Assembly (NCBI RefSeq): GCF_964355755.1
Contig: NC_092673.1
Location: 21,635,648 to 21,699,647 of the forward strand
DNA length: 64,000 nucleotides
Direction: 5' to 3'
Origin: Antedon mediterranea
Taxonomy: Eukaryota > Animalia > Echinodermata
Below, piece by piece: positions 37,274-50,498 of the stretch. The position numbers and the translations under genes are program-made. Every line of letters starts with the position of its first letter. Positions within the stretch are counted from its first letter, which is position 1. The notes beneath the pieces were generated by a model, which saw only the letters and a program-made list of their open reading frames with translations, was not told where the DNA came from and made no database searches.

Positions 37274-39946
37274 TCCAAGGTTATATCTCTTGCTGTATGA
37301 AATTACATGAAAGATAAGCTGATGGAACTCAAGAAGAGATACTTTAATTACATACAAAGTCTACTACCCAATTTCTAAAGATAGAAGAAGATGTCAAGGC
37401 CATCTATAAAAATAAAAATTGAAGTTTAAATTTTGAATAAATTATTTATTTTAAGATTCAGGTTTTTTTTTTATCATCTTGAAGTTTTAATATCTGTACT
37501 ACAGCTATATTAGATTGCTTTAAATGTAATTATTGATATAAGATATGATGTGTGATTGGTTGGTGGTGAAAAATTAAAATTCCGGAGTTATTATTTTATT
37601 TATTTTAAGATTCAGTTTTATTCAATTTAAATATTAAAAAGTTTTAATATCTGTACAGCTATATAAGATTGCAGATTGTTATCAATAAAATCAGGGCAGA
37701 TTTATAGATGTTAGGTTTGTTTAGACACAGATTCCTATTTCCAAGAACTAGCTTATTGAATTAGATTTTACCATGATGTTACAATTAATCTGTGTCATCG
37801 ACCGCCGATGAAACAACAAATTATACAACAAATTATTTATGTTACATGTTAATTTAAGAAGGTATAGTGCAGGCTTAGCAGATTGTATATGCAGTATGTA
37901 CAGGGGTAACGGTGTTAACATGGATGACTGGCGGAGCATTGACAACAGAGATAAAGTAGTCGCAGCAAACAGGTGTTCACAGAATGAATGTATTCGGCTG
38001 GGCTGAGCAGATAATCAGCAGATCTAGCTTCACAAACTCCTTGCTGTTTATGCGAGCAGTGGGAGTAGATCACTGCAAGGTGTTTGACCAGTTGAATACT
38101 GTACGTCCAGTGGCGGATCCTAGATTTTGAAATAGAGGGGTCCATAGTCTAAAAGTAGTGAACGGAAGTGCTGAACTTAATTTGATCTTTAGCATTAGCT
38201 CTATATTTATAAATAAATTTAGAGGGCGGTCAGTCAGTAAGAATCTTGCATTAAGAAGAAGCGGTAATGCAAGACCCTTGTAGGCCTACATTGACAAACA
38301 CAATCAATAAAAATCTGAGCCGCCTTCTACAGTTATTGTAGATAAATTCAATCAGTGGTGGATCCAAGATTTTGAAGTAGAGGAAGCCGGAGCAGGGCCT
38401 AAAAGTAGTGAAAATGAAGTGCTGAACTTAATTTGATGTCCCTATCTTTTACATTACAATTTGCAAAATTTAGAGGGAGATCGGGCCGGATGCCCCCCCC
38501 CCCCCCCACCCTTGAATCCGCCCCTGACAATGGTTGAGCTAACTGTGTTACTGAATTTCTTTTTGACATCATTTTTATCACAGTTTATTTGCTTTGACGT
38601 GTTCTATAATGTTACCAGTTGCTGTTAATTTTATCCTTGATAAACAGCTTGCATTAATGTTTTCTATTGATTTTATCCACATCTTTTGTGTGTAACTCTC
38701 TTCTCTTCTAAATACTTTATAATGACCTCTCATAATGTCAATGGCTTTAAAACATCAAAATGTGGTAATATGAGCTTGAAATGAAAACTTTTGAATATTA
38801 GAAAGTTATTAAAAGTACAAACATGAAACAGGATACAGTATGATAATGTATTGTTTACGCTTAAAAAGAGTCATAATATAGTACATTATGAATATTTACC
38901 TGAAAGAATAACTGTAAAATAACTGGTGAATCTCATAGGAACTGACGTACATCTGTCAAATCGGTTTATTCACCTCTAAAGATCTTTATTAATATACTTA
39001 TCATGTGTCGTAATTATAAGTGTCATGCCTAAAATCATTATAATATTATAATAATTTCAATCTGTTTTAATCATTTTGATAATTATTAGTTTTCATAATC
39101 ATGATAATCAAGATCTACAACTTAGTCGCTGAAACAGACAAACACAAAACGTACAACTTAGTCGCGAAAATGAATGCGCAGAAAATAACCATGTAATTGT
39201 ATTTTTGGCGGTGATTGCCTTTCATATGAATTGTCATCAGTCACGCTAACTATACATTAAAAAAACATCGCCTAAATAATATATCTCTCTGAAATGAAAA
39301 CATCCCATAATGACATTCTTTAATGTACTCAACAGAAACTACTAATTTTAATCAAATCTGGAAGCAACTAATAATAAAAAAATTAAATTTTTATTGTTTT
39401 TGTCATTTTTATTTCTCAAAAACAAATTTATGATAGATGAGTTAAACATCCTTATAAATAATACAACATCCTTTGACGCAATTATTATAACAGAATTGTT
39501 GTAAAGATTTTCTTATGTGAATAAACGGTAAAATTGTTTAAAGGATATGGAAGTTGTCAAGGTTACTTAGTTAGTGTAATATATAATTCGTTGACATTAA
39601 GTAATAATAATAGCTTGTACATTATGCTAATACCTCAATGCACTTAATAAAATGACAGAAACATTTAAAGAAAAGTTTATAAAAAAATGTGCGAATCTGT
39701 TAAATATTACTTACCACTGAAGTTACCATTTATAATGGATTCTACCATATTGTATAAGAGTTCGCAAACAAATTTAAAAAAAAATGAATTTAATTGTAAA
39801 AGTTAAATTTCTGAATTCAACTTATACTGACTTTGTAAATTCATAGTTGGTCAACAGCAGACCAATCAAGTTATTGATAAATTGATCGATCAGCTGATTA
39901 ATATATTATTGGTTAGTGATTGATCAAAACTAATACAACTTGTCTA

Positions 39947-40098
39947 GCCTTGTCTATACTATCAAACTTTATGTGAAAAAAATGTGCCCATATAAAGACA
40001 TGATGATGTCGTATCACTACTATATTTGCACATATCATTACCATATTTGGACACATCACACTTTTTTGTCAAACTAGTTTAATAGTGTAGACAGAGCT
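39947..40098. mobile_element. MITE family A copy
   Basis: TGTCTATACTATCAAACT...ATAGTGTAGACAGAGCT. Confidence 0.8.
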
Positions 40099-40718
40099 TT
40101 TATACAACCTGTTCTTTACAGATGATTTCTCTGTATGTCATAATGTTCTCTCTACTAAGATTTGTACAGATTTATTGATACCCCTTACAATGTCATGCCT
40201 CATTGCATCATGAAACAGAAGCTAATATTAAGAAAGCGTTGGAAATATCAAATGGACATATGTGATTATTATAGCAACAAGACACTAGTCTTGTCTTACA
40301 GCTGTTCTTATGTCATTAACAGAGCATAGATCCATCTGTACATGTAACCATACCTTTAAATGATTTATGTTCTTAACTTATTTTAAAAATGTAAGTTTAA
40401 ACTTGGTAAAATCGATTTCAGAAGGAACTTCTTTCTATATGAGAACAGTCTTGGGCTCTGCTTATTTTAGTGTTTATATAAAATTCAATTGAAAACTCAT
40501 GGTTAGTCTATTTCATGGCTGACTTACATGGATAAACCAACAATAGCCTATTCTTCTCAAAGAGCAAGAACCCAAGAAGTAGAATATTCACTCAACACCC
40601 ACAAATGGTATAGTTCACAAACTACTGTAAACACTACCTTTCGTCAGGCCCTTATGAGAACTAACATCACAATTGAACCTCAAAATATTAATAAATATTT
40701 TTTTTGTTTTATTTTCAG

Positions 40719-40814
40719 AAAACGTAAAATGCCACTCATGTCAAAATCCCTGCGTTGGTGAAGCTTTGAGACACGAGAACCATTTTTTCCATCCAAAGTG
40801 TTTCAAATGTGAAG
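40719..40814 (+). CDS. ABLIM: abLIM exon, LIM1 first half (KNVKCHSCQNPCVGEALRHENHFFHPKCFKCE)
   Basis: attttcag acceptor, G|gttggt donor; CxxC...PCxGExLR...FHxKCFxC pattern of abLIM/UNC-115 LIM1. Confidence 0.9.
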
Positions 40815-40848
40815 GTTGGTTTTTAATTTATTGATTAATATGTGTTAA

Positions 40849-41471
40849 AGACCCCTTCCCTGCAATTTTGGACGTTTTTTGGAAAATAATACATATATAT
40901 CACTTTAAAAACATTAAACCATGTCATTCCTTGTCTTAAATGTACGTTTTATGGTAAATTATGATAAAAAGTGAGAAACAATGCACTACCTAAGTAGCTC
41001 GCGGCGATTGACCTCTCGTGGACGTCTTAGGCCTAGCTTAGCTAGGCTTAGTTTTGTAGGCCTAGCTGGTAAACATCGGTAACGTACGAACATCGTACGC
41101 TAGCTATACCTAGCCTGACGTTGTATAGTTGCTGCATTAATTGTCTTTCTATTTTTGCCAGACTCCGTTGATACAAATTGGGGAAATCCCGGTATTTTTG
41201 CTGAAAAGTTAGGAGTCTTCCATTTGTTTTGGCCTCACGATCGATCGAAAAGTGGGCGAATTACAGGTGAAAAACATTAATATCAATCCGCGCGCAATGC
41301 ATTTTGGGATTTATAGCGGGCCGCTATAATTATTAGAATCGACTTATTTTTCACATTTTTAACCGTTTAAAGACGAAAAAAGTTATCGCAATAGGACCAT
41401 AAAGTATTATTTTTACATTAAATATAGTTTGTGATCTTAAATTAGATCTAAAAAACGTAGGGAAGGGGGCT
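40849..41471. mobile_element. TTAA-flanked non-autonomous DNA transposon (Kolobok-like), family D
   Basis: TTAA|AGACCCCTTCCCT...AGGGAAGGGGGCT|TTAA; an inverted, internally deleted relative lies at 8431-8818. Confidence 0.75.
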
Positions 41472-42072
41472 TTAAGCAAATGCTGGTAAAATGTTATAGG
41501 AAATAATACTTGAATGAATGTCATTTTACATATTATCTTCTAACTAGGGTATTTGGTCCCAATCCTACAATTATTCTTTGATAATGGTACCTTTGAGACT
41601 ATAAAACGTACAATTAAGCATAAAATGAGGGCAACTCGACAGGTACCTGGCTCTAATTTGTTAAGCTAGATAAATGAAGCGTATCGGCTATGTTAGCAAT
41701 TAAAATGTATCAATGTACACCTGCATATCATTATTTATTGATTTCTGAAAACGTGTATATGCTTTTTAAGTTGATTATGATTGATTTTGAGTTTTTAAAG
41801 TCTACATTTCTGAATTAGTTTTAACAACTACAAATATCATTTAGACAACATTTTCACAACAATTACATTCAATTTTAGTCTATTAGAATATTAAGTAATT
41901 GTAGTACTGTACACAATATTGTACATTTTTTTTAATGGCGGAACTGTAAAAAATAGACATCAAAAAGTAGTTCATAATTTCATTTTAGCCGTAAAAAGGC
42001 GAAGCACGCACGATAGTGCTACGTCCTTGATCAGACTGTGATTTCCTACATTTTACGATCAGCTATTTTCAT

Positions 42073-42393
42073 TAAAGATGTAGGATCCCCCAAAAACATG
42101 AAAAATGAAGATTAAAAGAAATCCTTTAAATAAGTCATTTTGCAGTTTTAAAGAGTTATTCCGTTCTTTAAGGAACAAAAAAATTCAAAAATAAAAAGAC
42201 AAAAGAAACAGTGAATTTTCACCAAAACCATTGAAGTATTTTTTGCTTTAAATTGCATTTTTTCAGGTAAATAATATGTTTTTTGACCCAGTTTTTGGAC
42301 AAAATGAAAAACTATTATGTGACATTAAAATGGCATATTCAACAACAAAAATTTGAGAAAAAAAATTGTTTTTAGGGGGACAATATATCTTTG
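42073..42393. mobile_element. Family C TIR element copy (inverted), abutting the RTE fragment
   Basis: TTAAAGATGTAGGATCCCCC...GGGGGACAATATATCTTT; reverse complement of family C. Confidence 0.65.
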
Positions 42394-42394
42394 A

Positions 42395-43150
42395 GTCTTT
42401 AAGAACTACAACTGTTAAGGACATGGAAGAACAGCTCAATCACCTGAACAAAGAAAGTAAAAAGGTTGGCCTACAAATGCACAAAGGAAAGACTAAATTT
42501 ATGACCAACTTCTTGACTCAAGAGACAATAACAATAGACAATCACCAGATTGAGAAAGTTGACAAATACAAATACATGGGACTCTGAAAATGGTCAACAC
42601 CACAGAGGAGGAGATATTAACACGTGTAAAAGCAGGTTGGAGAAGCTTCGGGATGCACAAGCATATCCTGACCAACCAAGACATTCCCATGTCACTAAGA
42701 AGCAGGGTGTACAATCAATGTGTTCTAACAACTATAGTTTATGGGGCAGAGACATGGGCAACAACGAAAGAGATTAAACAAAAATTGACAACAACACAAA
42801 GAGCGATGGAAAAAAAAATGGTAAATCTATCAATACGAGACAGAGTAAAGCATACAGTAGTGAGATACGGAAAAGAACAAAAGTCAAAGACATCATGGTA
42901 AAGATCAAAGAATTGAAATAGAGATGGGCAGGACACATAGCCAGAAGAGACGACAACAGATGACGAAGAGATTGAATGAATGGCAGCCGAGGACAGGGAG
43001 AAGAAGAGGACGGCAAAAAAGAAGATGGCGTGACAACGTACATGGAAACGGCAACATAGGAAAGATCGGCAAGAAACAGAACTAAATGGAAACAGCTGGA
43101 GGAGGCCTTCACACAGCAGTGGGTGAAATAGGCTATGAGATGAGATGAGA
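42395..43150 (+). mobile_element. 5'-truncated, frameshifted RTE-clade LINE (RT C-terminus plus 3' tail)
   Basis: Frames give ESKKVGLQMHKGKTKFM, YKYMG, RVYNQCVLTTIVYGAETW, TTQRAME, WAGHIARR; ends in a (TGAGA)n tail. Confidence 0.9.
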
Positions 43151-44280
43151 TAGGCAGTATATGTCAACAAATAAGTCTTGGTGCTCTCTCCATGATGGTT
43201 GTCATATAATGATTTGTATTTCTTTTTATTGTATGTATATATTTTTTCACCACTTTGACTAAATTTTTACATTCAAATGTCTTGCTTTTCAGGTAAACCA
43301 TATTGCCTGTACCTGAGAAATAACCCATTAACAAAATTAAAAATACATTTAAAAGATGAATGTTCGGCAAAATTTTAATCTCGTTTATCTTCTTATCGTG
43401 ACTGATGAGTAATTTGTACAGGAAGTGGGTGTTTTTTTCAAAGTTCTTACATTGATTAAAGAAATATTCCAAAGTAAATGCTGCATCAAGACATCCTCCT
43501 ACTAATGGATGAAAACCCAATTAACAACATAATTAAGATAATTACTACTTTGAATAGTTGCATAAAACATATTTATTTTTAGTTTAAAGTCCTCTTAACA
43601 ATTATTTTTTGAAATCTTTTGGTTGAATACTCCATTTTAGTGTCACTTAATAGTTATCCAATTTTACTAAAATCTGGATCAAGAAAAAAAAATAATTTAC
43701 ATGAAATTAATTTAATTAAAAGCAAAAAATACCTAAATTGTCTGTCAGACAATGGTTTTTTTTGTGTTAAATTTAAGTCTTTCTTTTGTCTTTTTACAAG
43801 TGAAATATTTATTGTTGTTGATTTCTTTTCTACAGAAGTGAATAACTTTATTAAAACTGCAAAATGGTTGAATATTAGATCATCTAGCATTGGTAAACTA
43901 TTGTTGAAAATTTGTATGGATAAAATGTTTATACCAAAGTATTTGGTAATCATTTGATACTGTAAATAAAGTGATTACAAGAAGCTAATTACTGTGTACC
44001 AGCAGTAGGGTATCAAATATTGAGTGTTTGACATTCCAATTTAGTAATCAGAAAATCAATCAATGGTCAATTTACTATGACCACTTTCTGACCTACATTA
44101 GCCACTGTATTTACATTGCCTCAAATGGTTCAACTGTCAATTTCAATTTAATTTCTTTCAGGCAGTTATGCAAAGAGGTGTCTCTTATACCCTTCACATT
44201 CGCAAACACATTTCCCTCTCTTTTGTACCATAACAATTGCTGTTTTATGCAATTTTATAATTTCATTTTTTTACTGTATA

Positions 44281-45129
44281 CTATGGAACGCCGTTTACGC
44301 AACATTTTGATGATATGAATTTTATGACGCGATATGTGAATGAAATGCATCGATATGAATTAAATGGTGCGATATATGAATGAAATGTTTTGAATTGAAT
44401 GCTTTGAATTGAATATTTTGAATGAAATGTTTTGAATGAAATGTTTTGAATGAAATGTTTTGAATGAAATGTTTTGAATGAAATGTTTTGAATGAAATGT
44501 TTTGAATGAAATGTTTTGAATGAAATGTTTTGAATGAAATGTTTTGAATGAAATGTTTGAATTGAATTGAAAAGTCGAACTATTGGTGGCGTATGTCATT
44601 CTCGCTCGCGATTATTTTCTCAACCTCTTAGGCCTAAGCCTGGGTACCCTCATCTCCTTTCTTCCACGCTGCCTTTACAGAGAATCCTAACAGACCTGGG
44701 TTCGGAAATATGTATTCCAATGTTTCAGGTCTGTTAGGGAGTCTCTGTAAAGGATTCATATTGATGACAGCGTTGAAAGGAGATGAGGGTACCCATGCTT
44801 AGGCCTATTAAGAGGTTGAAAAAAAATCGCGAGCGGGAATGACATACGCCGCCAATAGTTTGACTTTTCAATTCAATTCAAACATTTCATTCAAAACATT
44901 TAATTCAAAACATTTCATTCAAAACATTTCATTCAAAACATTTTATTCAAAACATTCAATTCAAAACATTTCATTCAAAACATTTCATTCAAAACATTCA
45001 ATTCAAAGCATTCAATTCAAAACATTTCATTCATATATCACGCCATTCAATTCATATCGATGCATTTCATTCACATATCGCGTCATAAAATTCATATCAT
45101 CGAAATGTTGCGTAAACGGCGTTCCATAG
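44281..45129. mobile_element. Foldback-type palindromic element with 14-bp tandem subrepeats
   Basis: CTATGGAACGCCG...CGGCGTTCCATAG; arms of about 400 bp are inverted copies containing (TGAATGAAATGTTT)n; TA on both sides. Confidence 0.85.
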
Positions 45130-47948
45130 TATACTGTACATACCCTCCTACCAGCATCTACATGCAGTACAGTACCTAGATACCTACCAACTTTATGGGC
45201 AGATCCATGGAAAAGATTCAACTTTAAAGCACTTAATTTTACACTTTTATGGCCACTTCCCCATCCCCCACCCCTCCTACCTTATTTAAAATTGACCTAG
45301 CTAACAACCTCCTTCAATCAACATATCTGACTACCCCTCCCAGCTATTGGACCCACCAGGGATTAACACTATTGTATCTCATTTTCCATTTTTCAGGCCA
45401 TTTCTCCATTTCTCACCCCTCCCACCCTATTTAAAAATCCTGGTTACAATTGCCTATCTAGCTATAAAACCCCTCCTACCAATCTCCTAACTATTGGACC
45501 CACCATTAATACTATTGAAGTTTCATTGACCTAACTTGGTTATACATCAGATAGCAATGTTACATTGTACATACCAAGCAGTATTAACTGTATAGTGATT
45601 TATAGAACTTGATCCTGGGGAAGACAATATACCATATATTATTGGTCTTTGGAATGTACAACTGAGATGTTTTTATAAAAATTGTCACAATGTTTTTATT
45701 TTAAAGTTTAATAAATTTCCAACCTGGGAGAGAGTGAAATGTAATAGATAGCCCTGCAATAAATTAAAACTATATTTATTTTGTGTATGTAAAATCATCC
45801 TTTATTTCAAATAAAAAAACATAAGAATGTAACAAACATCCCAGGTCACAGCTTGGAGGACCATGATGCAGGGAAAAATAAGACAACAAATACAAAACAT
45901 TTAAAATGTAAAAATAGTAGAAAACACATCAAAAAGGCATAAAAATGAGTGTCATAAAAAAAAAATGCAGTTGGAAATTACATTATTTATTGTTATTATT
46001 ATATATATAACCTTAATATGATTTAATCTATAATAACAAAATAATGTATACCAAGGACAAATTTGTGGTAACCGGATAAAAGGCAGCGCAAAATAACCGG
46101 TTAAAAACACCCATTCCATTCGGTGTTAGAACGCCATTTAACCGATTAATGCTGGACAACTTTTAGCTGCAACACAAAATAACGGTTATTTGAGTGACAG
46201 CTGCTGACCCTGAGTCAACTACACGACAGTAACGTTTGAATTAACCACCAGGTCCAATTGCATTTTGGGTAACGATTTTTGTCGTCCACCCATTGATTTA
46301 ACTGGTTATATAGCAGGACCGCAATCTTGTTATTTTTAATCCATTTTAAAATAAACAGTTAATTTGCGTTATGCAGCAGAAACAGACCCCCAGTAGACTT
46401 GTTGGGTAACTTGTACCATTTCGACTCATCAATGAAGTCTCAGATAAGGTGGTTGAACTCAAAATTAATTTCATTTTTTATCAAATTGACAGTTTATAAA
46501 ATCATTAAATTCTCAAAGGGCAAAAATACATTCCAATCTCCCTTTGAAATATTTGATTTTATGAGAAAGTTATGTTGCTTTGAAGGAGCAGTTGTAGCAA
46601 TATTAGATCATAAGGATTAAAACAATAACATTCTATTGTCCATCGTTGCAGCGACATCGGTGGAGTACCTAAGCCTTTAATCTCATAATGGTCCTTATAT
46701 TTTCCCATTTATCATTTGTGTTTCTAAGGGAATATTTGTCATGACAAGAAAAGAAGTATTTTTGATGTTTATAGCTACACTGATATTGATTGATTAATAA
46801 TTGTATTGAATACTGTATGTACACTCTTAAGTTCAATCTAAAATGTTAAATAATAGGTTTGACGGTATCTTTATTCATTCATTAAAAAAAACATACTAAA
46901 AACTGATACAGTAAAATATGGAGGAACTGACATATTTTTTACAGCAGTCATAATATAAAATAGTTAAACAAATATTTTTAATGAATAAAAGCATATAAAA
47001 AATAATTTAAGGTTTTAAAATATTTGTTATGATACTGATATGATCTCTCTTTAGTACTAGTAGTAGGCCTATAGTTCTTATAAAACTAATAGTATTTTAT
47101 CAGGTACTGTACCAGAGCTCTTTACAATCAAAAAAAGGAAAGCTTGTATTATTTCATAGGTGTATTTCTCCATCAAGTTGCCTTTGGATATCTCGACATG
47201 ATATCGTTCTTCGTAGAATCCAAAAGCTTATTACGATTGGAATGCACCTAGTACAAGGCCATCAGCACTAGTAATAGTATAGGTTGTCATTTTAGTTATC
47301 AATTATGACCTTAAACATACATCCTCGTTCATGTGACCCGTCATGTGACAATTAATATAATATTTTAGTATATTATTTTCTTTTCTTCACTCTCCAGTTA
47401 CTTCTCTCGGTTGCTATTCTTAACCAGTTGTTTTCCTCGGGTCATTTCTCTATCCCATTTAGCCTCTTTTCCTTTATACTATTCTTAGTTGCCAAACTGT
47501 AGTCCTGAGAAGGAATTAGATTGTCAATTTTTAATCAAATCTTTATCATTTCTCATTTAAAAAAATACAGTAAAATGTGATCTTTGCTTTGAATATAACA
47601 AGTTAATTATTGACAATTAAAAGTTTGTGTATTCATTTTCTGTGGTTTGTCGTGAGAATATTAAGCCAAACAAAGCAGAAATACTATCATTATTATTAGG
47701 TCTTGTGTTATTAGCTATTAATTTACAGGTTGTGTCCCAAGGCAAACGTTGATTATGTCATTGTCTTCAAATTTGTCGGGAGGTAATTAAATTGCTCAGT
47801 CATTCAGAAAAGTGCTTTTTGTTTCCTGTAGGCTTACTTCTGCAGTAGGCTTGAGTTTAAGACGAAATACTCACAAGCTTTAAAATTAGTTCTTTGTTTA
47901 TAAATAAATAAATGAAATATACCTCAAACTTTCATTGTATTATTTTTA

Positions 47949-48103
47949 AGCTCTGTCACTATCAAAATTTATGTGAAAAAAATGGGATGTGCCCATATAA
48001 GGATATGATGATGTTATATCAATACCATATTTGGGCATATCACTACCAATTTGAACACATCACACTTTTTTTGTCGAACTAGTTTAATAGTGTAGACAGA
48101 GTT
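47949..48103. mobile_element. MITE family A copy
   Basis: AGCTCTGTCACTATCAAA...ATAGTGTAGACAGAG. Confidence 0.8.
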
Positions 48104-48591
48104 TTAGAGTTAGAATAAAACTGTTGAATTATAACAGAATGAAAAGGATGTTAATTCCATCAGATGAAATGTGTTAATTTTTACCGGTGTTGTCTGAATA
48201 TGGCATGTACCAGATTTTGTCATAAAAGAAAGGTGTCCTGATAGGATTTGTAAAATAGGTATTAAACTGTGCGTGTACCTTAATAGCCTTGTCATGATTG
48301 TCTATAATCAATAATCTATGAATCGGATTATTGATTGCGAGCTTCCAGCTATCTGGTACATTACACTGCACTATTAAAGTTGGTTTTATTTGTATTGGTA
48401 TGAAATTCTACCATGCATAAAATATACCTGATGCACTCCTACAGTCATTTAATATGAAACATTAATTTACCAGTACACTCTTACTTAATTTTAATGTCAT
48501 TTACCATAGGCTTCCGTGATTGTAATATTATTAACTAGACTTTTAATTTGATTTGTCAGGTCTGATATTTATACATAACAGTATACATTTA

Positions 48592-48771
48592 AGCATACCA
48601 TGTTATGTCCTGTTTTTAAAGCCACATTCACACAAAAGCATACCATGTTATGTCCAGTTTTTAAAACCACATTCACACAAAAGCATACCATGTTATGTCC
48701 TGTTTTTAAAGCCGCATTCACACAAAAGCATACCATGTTATGTCCCGTATTTAAACCACATTCACACAAAA
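48592..48771. repeat. 45-bp tandem repeat, 4 copies
   Basis: AGCATACCATGTTATGTCCTGTTTTTAAAGCCACATTCACACAAA. Confidence 0.9.
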
Positions 48772-50138
48772 GAATTATACGATTTTCCATTATGAAACAA
48801 AGGATCCCATCCTCCGTTTTATGAAATTGTGATGTATATTTAGGAACCAAAGAAGCACGGATTATTATATTGGTTGCGGATGATTGATGGAGACACAATC
48901 AATTATTTGGTCAATCATTTACAAAACTAAGTTTCAAATGAAATGAAAAGTTTTTTATTTTTAAAAACTGTGTGTCAAATTTTACAATTTGAGTATCAAT
49001 ATACTTTAGATTGTAAATCAATTATTATTTATTAATAATTTTCTATTCCATAAACACCATGCCTATTTTTATCCATATATACATTTTGTCACGCACATGT
49101 GACAAGTTTACTCGACCTGATAAACACTTCCTCATCCATCACATCATTATTTTACGTTATTGAAATTATCCTCGTTAATTGAAAATGAAGCTGTGTAAAT
49201 CCCAGTTGATTGAAAGTAAAGCTAAATGATAACTCTGCAGCTATGTGTAAACAGACTTCATTTCTAAATTCAGTTTGTTACAAATCATACAATGATCACC
49301 TCAAGGCTTTTGTACTACACAGTTAATGAGATCGCATTAAAATTGCCATTTGCATTTTTTTATTATATTGTTTTATTTTATTGTAGCTGATGTTTTATTT
49401 TACTGTTTGTTTTCTGCAGTTGTGTTTGCGTCGGAGTTGAGTAGGTTGTGGGTTCAAGTCCCACCCAAGAATTACTTGTTCTCAATTACTTAGTTTAATG
49501 TGCAAATTATGTCAGAGTAGGGCAAACAACAATATGGAGTGACTGGGTGCAGAATCTGTTTGGGCTTTAGCCTATTCTCACTTCTTATTCATTTTAAACC
49601 AAATTTATTATTAATACCAATAAATTATGTTTGAAGTACATGGTTTCAAGCTGTTTTCCTCTTACATTGTTATTGATATTTAATCAGAAACTTTTCCCCA
49701 GGTATAATCCCACCCCCCTAGAACACAAAATTGGGTCAACTTTGGGGATGGGACTATACCTGGGGAAAGCCTGGTTTAGGAAAAAAATAATCATGGTAAG
49801 CATTTCTTGTAAAAACTCATCTGCACTGGCTAGAGAGAGGCCTACATCTAGACCAAAAGTCAATACTTGGACTATACCCAGGGATATGCCTGTTTGTGAA
49901 ATCAGACATAAAGAAGGGGGTGGGATTAGACCCGAAGTGGGATTATACCCGAGAATATACGGTATTTTATATAGGGTGATGGTTAACCCAAAGTTTATAT
50001 ATATATATAAATCCAAAGGCAAATTACTGAAAAAATGACAATGCTGTGGGTATCAGTGGCTGAATCTCAATAGAGATACAAAAAAAAAACGAAAAAGCTA
50101 AATCAAAACGATAAAGTATTAAACAGCCAGAAAAATGA

Positions 50139-50178
50139 GCAGAGCTTTCGGGCAACGTCACTAGCCCTTCATCAGTGC
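50139..50178 (-). ncRNA. Minimal type I hammerhead ribozyme motif (Penelope-like element remnant)
   Basis: Minus strand reads GCA CUGAUGA A GGGC-uagugacguu-GCCC GAAA GC UC UGC: intact core boxes, 4-bp stem II, palindromic AGCU stem III, 3-bp stem I; next to (TA)n. Confidence 0.65.
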
Positions 50179-50314
50179 AAGTGATATATATATATATATA
50201 TATATATAGTAGAATTATCTAGAATTATTTTTACACATCTTCATTACAATATCGTCCCCTTGTTATTGATTGTATCTTTTCTTTTTTGTTACATTATATT
50301 TTTTTTCTTTACAG

Positions 50315-50498
50315 TTTGTTTCCTTGGATTAGCACATGGTAGTTTTTTTTCTAAGGACGGTCATTTCTATTGCCCGGAGGATTACCTGGAAAAATATGGA
50401 ACTAAATGCAACGCGTGTCAAGATTTTGTGGAAGGAGAAGTGGTTTCCGCTCTTGGTAACACTTACCATAAAGAATGCTTTGTTTGCGGCAGATGTGG
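50315..50498 (+). CDS. ABLIM: abLIM exon, LIM1 end and LIM2 start (VCFLGLAHGSFFSKDGHFYCPEDY...FVEGEVVSALGNTYHKECFVCGRCG)
   Basis: tttacag acceptor, GG|gtaaga donor; FVEGEVVSALGxTYH is characteristic of abLIM. Confidence 0.95.

Noticed and set aside
39221-39244. Minus-strand CUGAUGA...GAAA hammerhead candidate
   Set aside because: No proper stem II, and the required U-H cleavage site before stem I is missing.
44360-45129. ORFs with KTFHSKHFIQNISF repeats
   Set aside because: Translation of the 14-bp subrepeats of the foldback element.
48553-48898. Cys/His-containing repeat ORFs
   Set aside because: Translation of a 45-bp tandem repeat, open in several frames, with no fitting splice context.
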